Source: Candidatus Kaiserbacteria bacterium (GTDB lineage: Bacteria > Patescibacteriota > Minisyncoccia > Phycocordibacterales > Phycocordibacteraceae). Taken from it: a stretch of DNA of 64,000 nucleotides. Made by a program: the position numbers and the translations under genes. The stretch is taken from assembly GCA_963699165.1 (NCBI GenBank), contig OY969413.1, positions 468,562-532,561 of the forward strand, given 5' to 3'. This document shows, in pieces, positions 59,136-64,000 of the stretch. The notes beneath the pieces are model-generated. The model did no database searches. It was not told where the DNA came from and saw only the letters and a list, made by a program, of their open reading frames with translations. Every line of letters starts with the position of its first letter. The first letter of the stretch is position 1.

Positions 59136-60083
59136 TTATTTCAGGAGTTGGGTAATGAGCGCGACCATTTGCTCTTTGTTTTTCGGGTCGCTCTCGGCCG
59201 TCAAAAGAGTAAGCGCAGTGAGCGCGCTCGGATTGATATTTCGGGCCGTTTTTACTTTCGCCTTTCGCAAGAACCAGATAAACGCAAAAGCACCCGAGCG
59301 CTTGTTGCCGTCGGTAAACGGATGGTTCTTGACCATGAAATACAGAAGATGTGCGGCCTTTTCTTCGATGCTCGCGTACACCGGCTTCCCGCCAAACGTC
59401 TGCATGACGTTACCGACAATTCCTTCCACATTCCCGGCGGCTCGTTCTTGCGCAAAAATTTCCGTCGCTTCTCCTTTCTTTAAAAGTTCCGAGCGAAGAT
59501 TGGCGATTGCCTCGGTAAGTTCGACGCCGGTGAGCTTAATTGCTTTCTTGGTAATTCCGACCGGCGTGAGCGTACCGCGGTCGTAGGCATCGAGCGAAAT
59601 CCATGTTCCCGAAAACTCTTTTACCAATTCGAGTATCGCTTTCGGATCGAGAACGACGTGTTCGGGCAAAAGCGCCTGAATGTCGCCGACCGACTTCATA
59701 AAGGCATCGTAGTTTTTGCCGATTTGCTTGCGATTGATGGTGTACCCCTTCGTGATGTGCTCGCGAAGCGTCTTGGTCGCCCATTGGCGGAATTCGATGG
59801 CAACTTTCGAATTTGTCCTGTATCCGACGCTTAAAACAACATCCAATGAATACATGGCCGTCGGCTTGAAGGAAGTAATGTGCATTTTTTGCACATTACT
59901 CTTTTCATCAATTTCCTTGTCTGTGAAGATCTTTCTGATGTGTTTTGTGACCACCGAACGTTCAATTCCAAAAACGTCTGCAATCTGGGCTTGTGTCGCC
60001 CAAATGCTCTCGTGTTCGAAATCGCCACGCAGTTCGATTGCGCCATTCTTCGCCTGATATATCACCACCTTATTTTTCGCCAT
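59136..60083 (-). CDS. Fic/Doc-family protein with an RhuM-like N-terminal domain
   Basis: N-terminus AKNKVVIYQAKNGAIELRGDFEHESIWATQAQIADVFGIERSVVTKHI (RhuM-like); Doc motif HPFTDGNKRSGAFA. Confidence 0.75.
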   Translation of the reverse strand: MAKNKVVIYQAKNGAIELRGDFEHESIWATQAQIADVFGIERSVVTKHIRKIFTDKEIDEKSNVQKMHITSFKPTAMYSLDVVLSVGYRTNSKVAIEFRQWATKTLREHITKGYTINRKQIGKNYDAFMKSVGDIQALLPEHVVLDPKAILELVKEFSGTWISLDAYDRGTLTPVGITKKAIKLTGVELTEAIANLRSELLKKGEATEIFAQERAAGNVEGIVGNVMQTFGGKPVYASIEEKAAHLLYFMVKNHPFTDGNKRSGAFAFIWFLRKAKVKTARNINPSALTALTLLTAESDPKNKEQMVALITQLLK

Positions 60084-60109
60084 ATACCGGCTATTGTATC
60101 ACTGCGGTT

Positions 60110-60162
60110 CTAACTCTCCCTTTTGCCGTGGAGGAGGAGGTCGAGGGCGTGCTGCACGAGCA
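60110..60162. repeat. ABC-3'-end repeat copy 3 (...ECSVQHALDLLLHGKRES*)
   Basis: Alignment. Confidence 0.85.
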
Positions 60163-60209
60163 CTCGGATGTGACATTGTCTTTTTTATCGTAATTAGTCC
60201 CACTTAGCT

Positions 60210-60746
60210 CTACTTTAAATTCCAAGCATCTTTTCCCGTTTCTAGAATCTTCCGTTCTTTTTCTAACAGCGGGTCATGAACTCGCTCTCTGTCACTTTTC
60301 TCGATAACAGTCCACATCTTGCCCGGCTTTTTTTCTCCACCATCAAGTTTTGGCTTCCTGTAACCTCTATTTAGGTTAATCTGTGCAGCTTTCTCAGCTG
60401 TTTTAATTGGAAGAATATAGCACTGATATTTTGATGGCGATTGAACTGCGACAAAAGCGACATACTGTGCTGTGTAAAATGAATCCTTTCTGTTGAAAAC
60501 GGGCTCTCGTCCACTGATAGTTTCCGAATCGGAATGCCCATACTGAATCCACCATCTGGCACCTATTTTATTGGTCGCGCCTTTCACTTGTATTTGCCAA
60601 GTTTTTCCATTCTTTGCGGCGAGTATATCTGAATTCGCACTCATACCGTCTTTGTTAAGATCCGTTGTGCGGTACCCGCGCGACTCGAGTTCGTTCATGA
60701 CTATTCTCTCGGCAATCTTCCCTATGCTTATTTTATTGAGAGACAT
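60210..60746 (-). CDS. PD-(D/E)xK nuclease, Hjc/Mrr-cat-like fold (restriction-endonuclease-like)
   Basis: IAERIVMNELESRGYRTTD...DILAAKNGKTWQIQVKG pattern. Confidence 0.5.
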   Translation of the reverse strand: MSLNKISIGKIAERIVMNELESRGYRTTDLNKDGMSANSDILAAKNGKTWQIQVKGATNKIGARWWIQYGHSDSETISGREPVFNRKDSFYTAQYVAFVAVQSPSKYQCYILPIKTAEKAAQINLNRGYRKPKLDGGEKKPGKMWTVIEKSDRERVHDPLLEKERKILETGKDAWNLK

Positions 60747-60802
60747 AGCGACTAGATTAACACTGATTGGAATTTAGGTGGAGAGGGTTTTACCACACTT
60801 TG

Positions 60803-60868
60803 TTAACTCTCCCTCTTGCCGTGGAGGAGGAGGTCGAGGGCGTGCTGCATCGAGCCCGCGGAGGTGAT
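60803..60868. repeat. ABC-3'-end repeat copy 4 (in frame after the kinase stop: ENISRLNHGITSAGSMQHALDLLLHGKRES*)
   Basis: Alignment; frame check. Confidence 0.85.
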
Positions 60869-60895
60869 TCCGTGATTCAAGCGAGAAATGTTCTC

Positions 60896-61405
60896 TTAGG
60901 ACAAACGTTCAAGATAGGCATCAATTTCTTTATGTGAGCGCAAAATGAGTACTTTATTTTTGTGTTCATTAATAAATCGACGGAGTTTCGACGCCTTGGT
61001 AAAGGTTCGCTTAATAATTTCCCCGAAGAATAGTACGTCGTCCCAAAAACTCGTTTCTTTATGGCGTTCTCGCGGATGCAACATTCTTTTCCCGTGGCTT
61101 ACTAGCCGTCTCCAAAGTGGGATATCGAGAAAAATAATCTGATCTGCCTGTGCGGCTATAAGATCTTGTATATGCAGATATGTCCCGTCTGAAACCCAAG
61201 ACTCTGCTTTAAGCGCCTCTGTCGCTTTATCTCTCACTCTCGCCCGCACTTGTTGGATAGTCGGCGCCGAACCACCGCTGATGTGTCCGCCACTCTCAAA
61301 CCAAAAACGGTCGAGATGGATGTGCGGTATAGAAAGTTTTTTTGATATCGCTTCAGCAAGCGTCGACTTCCCCGCCGCCGGTAGTCCGACTATATCTATG
61401 CGCAT
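60896..61405 (-). CDS. P-loop NTPase (adenylate-kinase-like / AAA_18 topology-modulation-like kinase)
   Basis: Walker A GLPAAGKST near the N-terminus; 169 aa. Confidence 0.55.
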   Translation of the reverse strand: MRIDIVGLPAAGKSTLAEAISKKLSIPHIHLDRFWFESGGHISGGSAPTIQQVRARVRDKATEALKAESWVSDGTYLHIQDLIAAQADQIIFLDIPLWRRLVSHGKRMLHPRERHKETSFWDDVLFFGEIIKRTFTKASKLRRFINEHKNKVLILRSHKEIDAYLERLS

Positions 61406-61429
61406 GGAAATAAGTATACCGCTTCTACC

Positions 61430-63187
61430 CTAACTCTCCCGCTTGCCATGAAGGAGGAGGTCGAGGGCGTGTTGCATCGAGCCCGCGGAGGTGATTTCGC
61501 CCGAGTTTACGAAGTAGATTTCGTCCGCGTCGCTGATGGTGTTTAGGCGGTGCGCGATAACTACTTTCGTCGTGGTGGCCGGAAGCTTATTTAAAATGTC
61601 TTCAAGCAATTTCTCCGTGACGGTATCGATGTTGGCGGTGGCTTCGTCCAAAATGAGAAGCTCGGGACTTCGAAGCACGGCGCGGATAAATGCGATGAGC
61701 TGTTTTTGCCCCAAGCTTATGGTCTCGCCACCCGACGTGATTTCGGTGTCGAGCCCGCCTTCAAAGCGCTCCAAAAGATTTGCGAGGCCTTCGTCTTTCA
61801 AAATCGCGGCCAACTCTTCGCTTGTGCGATTGAGGTATGCGGCATTGCCGTACACAATGTTGTCGCGCACGGTTCCGGTAAAGAGGAACGGCTCTTGGAG
61901 GAGATAGCCGATTTTTTGCGCGCGCTCGGCCGACTCGTATGCGCGGATGTCTTTACCTTGAAAGAAGACACTGCCTTTGGTCGGGTCGTAAAGCCGCGCC
62001 ATGAGCGAAGCAGTTGTAGTCTTGCCGCCGCCGGTCGGACCAACAAGCGCATAGGTCTTCCCTTTTTCAAGTTTCAAATTGATGTTTTTCAAGATGTCGG
62101 TGCCGTCCGGATAATGGAAAGAAACATCTTTGAATTCGAGCACGAGCGGTGAGTCGGTTTGCTTTGAAGGCACGATGGGCATGTCGGACTCGAGATTCAG
62201 GATATCGGTGATGCGCTGAAGCCCGGCGAGTGCGAGCTGAACGCTCGACCATACGGAAGCAAATTGGCGGAGCGGGTTGTAGAAATTGCTCGTGTAGATA
62301 AGGAAGCTAATGAGAAGTCCGACCGTAAAAATGCCGCTCGAAATGAGATAGATACCGTAAGCAAGCACGATGAGCTGTCCTAAATCGTAGGAGAGATCAA
62401 ACATCGGGCCGAACAGATTGTTCGCGACGCCCGCGCCGATGGAAGCGCGATAGTTTGCCGTATTGCTCTCGTTGAATTTTTCGCGGAAGTAGTCGAGGCG
62501 ATTGAAAGCAATCATCGCTTTGAAGTTTTTGAGGGATTCTTGGATTTCCGCGCTCATGCCGCCCAAGGACTGGAGGCTTTTGAGGTTGCGCGCCTGCACC
62601 CACGGGGAGATGACGCGCACGATGAGGGTGACCATGAGCGCGGGAAGAAGTGCGGCAATCCCGAGCCGCCAGTTGAGCACGATGAGGAAGATGCCGGTGC
62701 CGGTCAGTGTAAAGAGACCGCCGATAAAGCGCGTGAGGGATTCCGCAAACAGCTGGTTGAGCTTCTGCGTGTCGTTGTTGATGCGCGAAATCAGGTCGCC
62801 CGATTTATTTTGATTGAAGAAAACAATCGGCAGCTCCTGCAGTTTATTGAAAATCGAATTGCGCAGTTTGAAAAGAATGCGGATACCGATGCCGCCCATC
62901 GTAAGCGTCTGCACATAGCTTCCGATTCCGCCCACGATGTACACGGCAAGAAGCACACATGATGCAACAAGCACGCCGTGGAAATCTTTTGTTGCTATGA
63001 AATGGTCGATGGTGTAGCCGATGATGAACGGCGCCGCAAGCGAGCTCGCGGACGAAACCAAAATCGCGGCGAGCGACACGAATAGATTGCGTCCTTCGCC
63101 CGCGGTGAGCGCCCAAAGCTTTCGAAGCCCTTGCCCCAAGGACCCCTTCTCACTCTCCGTTTCGGACATATTAAGCTTGTAGTTCAT
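61430..63187 (-). CDS. ABC exporter, fused permease-ATPase (half-transporter)
   Basis: 6 TM, then NBD with GPTGGGKTT, LSGGQKQ, ILDEATA; the C-terminal ~20 codons form repeat copy 5; ORF reported from an upstream in-frame start. Confidence 0.85.
   Translation of the reverse strand: MNYKLNMSETESEKGSLGQGLRKLWALTAGEGRNLFVSLAAILVSSASSLAAPFIIGYTIDHFIATKDFHGVLVASCVLLAVYIVGGIGSYVQTLTMGGIGIRILFKLRNSIFNKLQELPIVFFNQNKSGDLISRINNDTQKLNQLFAESLTRFIGGLFTLTGTGIFLIVLNWRLGIAALLPALMVTLIVRVISPWVQARNLKSLQSLGGMSAEIQESLKNFKAMIAFNRLDYFREKFNESNTANYRASIGAGVANNLFGPMFDLSYDLGQLIVLAYGIYLISSGIFTVGLLISFLIYTSNFYNPLRQFASVWSSVQLALAGLQRITDILNLESDMPIVPSKQTDSPLVLEFKDVSFHYPDGTDILKNINLKLEKGKTYALVGPTGGGKTTTASLMARLYDPTKGSVFFQGKDIRAYESAERAQKIGYLLQEPFLFTGTVRDNIVYGNAAYLNRTSEELAAILKDEGLANLLERFEGGLDTEITSGGETISLGQKQLIAFIRAVLRSPELLILDEATANIDTVTEKLLEDILNKLPATTTKVVIAHRLNTISDADEIYFVNSGEITSAGSMQHALDLLLHGKRES
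61433..61496. repeat. ABC-3'-end repeat copy 5 (master copy; native 3' end of the ABC gene: ...SGEITSAGSMQHALDLLLHGKRES*)
   Basis: Alignment. Confidence 0.85.
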
Positions 63188-64000
63188 AGGCATTGGTGCT
63201 TTTTTGCGATTCGAAAATCTGCGCGTATTCGGGCGACGTTTCGAGCAAATGCTCGTGCGTCCCGCTTGCGAGCACTTCCCCTTCCATAAGCAGAACGATT
63301 TGGTCGTACTTTTCAATCGGCGCAATTTTCTGCGTGACGGAAATGAGCGTGAGCTCCGGATAATTTTTCCGGAGATTTTCCACAATCGTGCGCTCGGTGC
63401 GCACGTCGACGCGCGCAGTGAAGTCGTCGAGAAGCAATACGCGCGGATTGAGCGCGAGCGCGCGGGCAAGCATGAGACGCTGTTTTTGCCCGCCCGAAAT
63501 CGAGGTTCCTCGCTCCGACAAAACGGTATCAAGCCCGTCCGGCAGATTTTGAATAAAGTCCGAGAGCTCCGCCGTCTCAATCGCTTTTTGAATGTCCTCG
63601 TCTTTGACCGTGTTGCTGAAAGCGATATTTTCGCGAAGCGTCAGATTGAAAATGACGCTGTCCTGAAAGACAAAGCCGATTTGATTGTGCAGGGATTTTT
63701 TATCGTATTCGTCTATCGGTTTGCCGTCGTATTTGATGACGCCCTCCTTTGGCTTCAAAAGGCCGATGAGCAGATTCAAAAGCTGTGTCTTCCCTGCGGC
63801 AGTGGGGCCGATAATCGCCGTGCGCGTGCCGGCGGGAACCGAAAGCGAGACATCGCGCAAAATGTCTTTATCGCCGAGAACGAGCGAGACCTGCTCGACA
63901 TCGACATCGCCCTTCAAATCGGCGACAAGCGTGCCGCCCTGCGGTTTGTCGGGGGCAAACAGAACCTGCGCGATGCGCTTATACGAAGCGTCCGCCTGCG
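63171..64000 (-). CDS. ABC exporter, fused permease-ATPase, partner subunit (NBD visible; gene continues beyond window end)
   Basis: GPTAAGKTQLLNL Walker A, LSGGQKQRL, LLLDDFTARVD; the frame stays open to position 64000 (the reported start at 63917 is a TTG, not the true start). Confidence 0.8.
   Translation of the reverse strand, partial: QADASYKRIAQVLFAPDKPQGGTLVADLKGDVDVEQVSLVLGDKDILRDVSLSVPAGTRTAIIGPTAAGKTQLLNLLIGLLKPKEGVIKYDGKPIDEYDKKSLHNQIGFVFQDSVIFNLTLRENIAFSNTVKDEDIQKAIETAELSDFIQNLPDGLDTVLSERGTSISGGQKQRLMLARALALNPRVLLLDDFTARVDVRTERTIVENLRKNYPELTLISVTQKIAPIEKYDQIVLLMEGEVLASGTHEHLLETSPEYAQIFESQKSTNAYELQA

Noticed and set aside
57878-61496. The five 50-65 bp direct repeats as a CRISPR-like or integron attC array
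   Set aside because: The spacing is gene-sized (0.6-1.5 kb), not spacer-sized. The repeats are not clearly palindromic like attC. They are homologous to the coding 3' end of the adjacent ABC gene and conserve a peptide, so they are better explained as restored gene ends.
63171-63917. Treating the 248-aa ORF as a complete stand-alone ABC ATPase
   Set aside because: Its reported start is a TTG, and the frame remains open upstream to the window edge with transmembrane-domain-linker-like sequence, so it is the C-terminal part of a larger permease-ATPase gene.
1-64000. Alternative genetic code (UGA recoding), as seen in some candidate phyla
   Set aside because: Well-conserved genes (ftsH, typA, pyk, gnd, recG) are full-length with standard stops and no internal in-frame TGA is needed. 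The single internal TAG in the GIY-YIG gene is better explained as a pseudogene.

Overview
A 64-kb window from a high-GC, small-genome bacterium (gene content and order look like a Candidate Phyla Radiation / Patescibacteria-type organism). The conserved backbone comprises rpsP–KH–trmD, RNase R, a short SMC, htpX, a NUDIX hydrolase, LemA, recG, ftsH, smpB with tmRNA, typA, mntH, an ABC-F ATPase, a pseudouridine synthase, pyk, pgl, gnd and a heterodimeric ABC exporter. Four accessory regions interrupt it:

1. About 7.7–12.1 kb: an insertion-sequence hotspot. It holds an IS481-family element, an MBOAT gene truncated by an IS3-family element whose left end is tandemly duplicated, and a solitary candidate PD-(D/E)xK nuclease.

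2. About 12.7–23.4 kb: two apparently tandem integrated elements downstream of tRNA-Ser(GGA). They carry an ECF sigma/anti-sigma pair, low-complexity secreted proteins, a Fic–XRE module enclosed by perfect 200-bp inverted repeats, a large serine recombinase enclosed by perfect 118-bp inverted repeats, and a P-type ATPase. A conserved ~25-bp att-like core sits at three junctions.

3. About 32.5–35.0 kb: smpB, a GIY-YIG pseudogene and tmRNA, followed by a hairpin-rich repeat family.

4. About 52–61.5 kb: an array of toxin and defence cassettes. Each is followed by a direct repeat copy of the last ~15–25 codons of the adjacent ABC-exporter gene. The copies differ by synonymous codon changes, which is consistent with repeated site-specific insertion into the 3' end of that gene. 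This is the strongest candidate for a previously undescribed system.

No CRISPR array or rRNA gene was seen.
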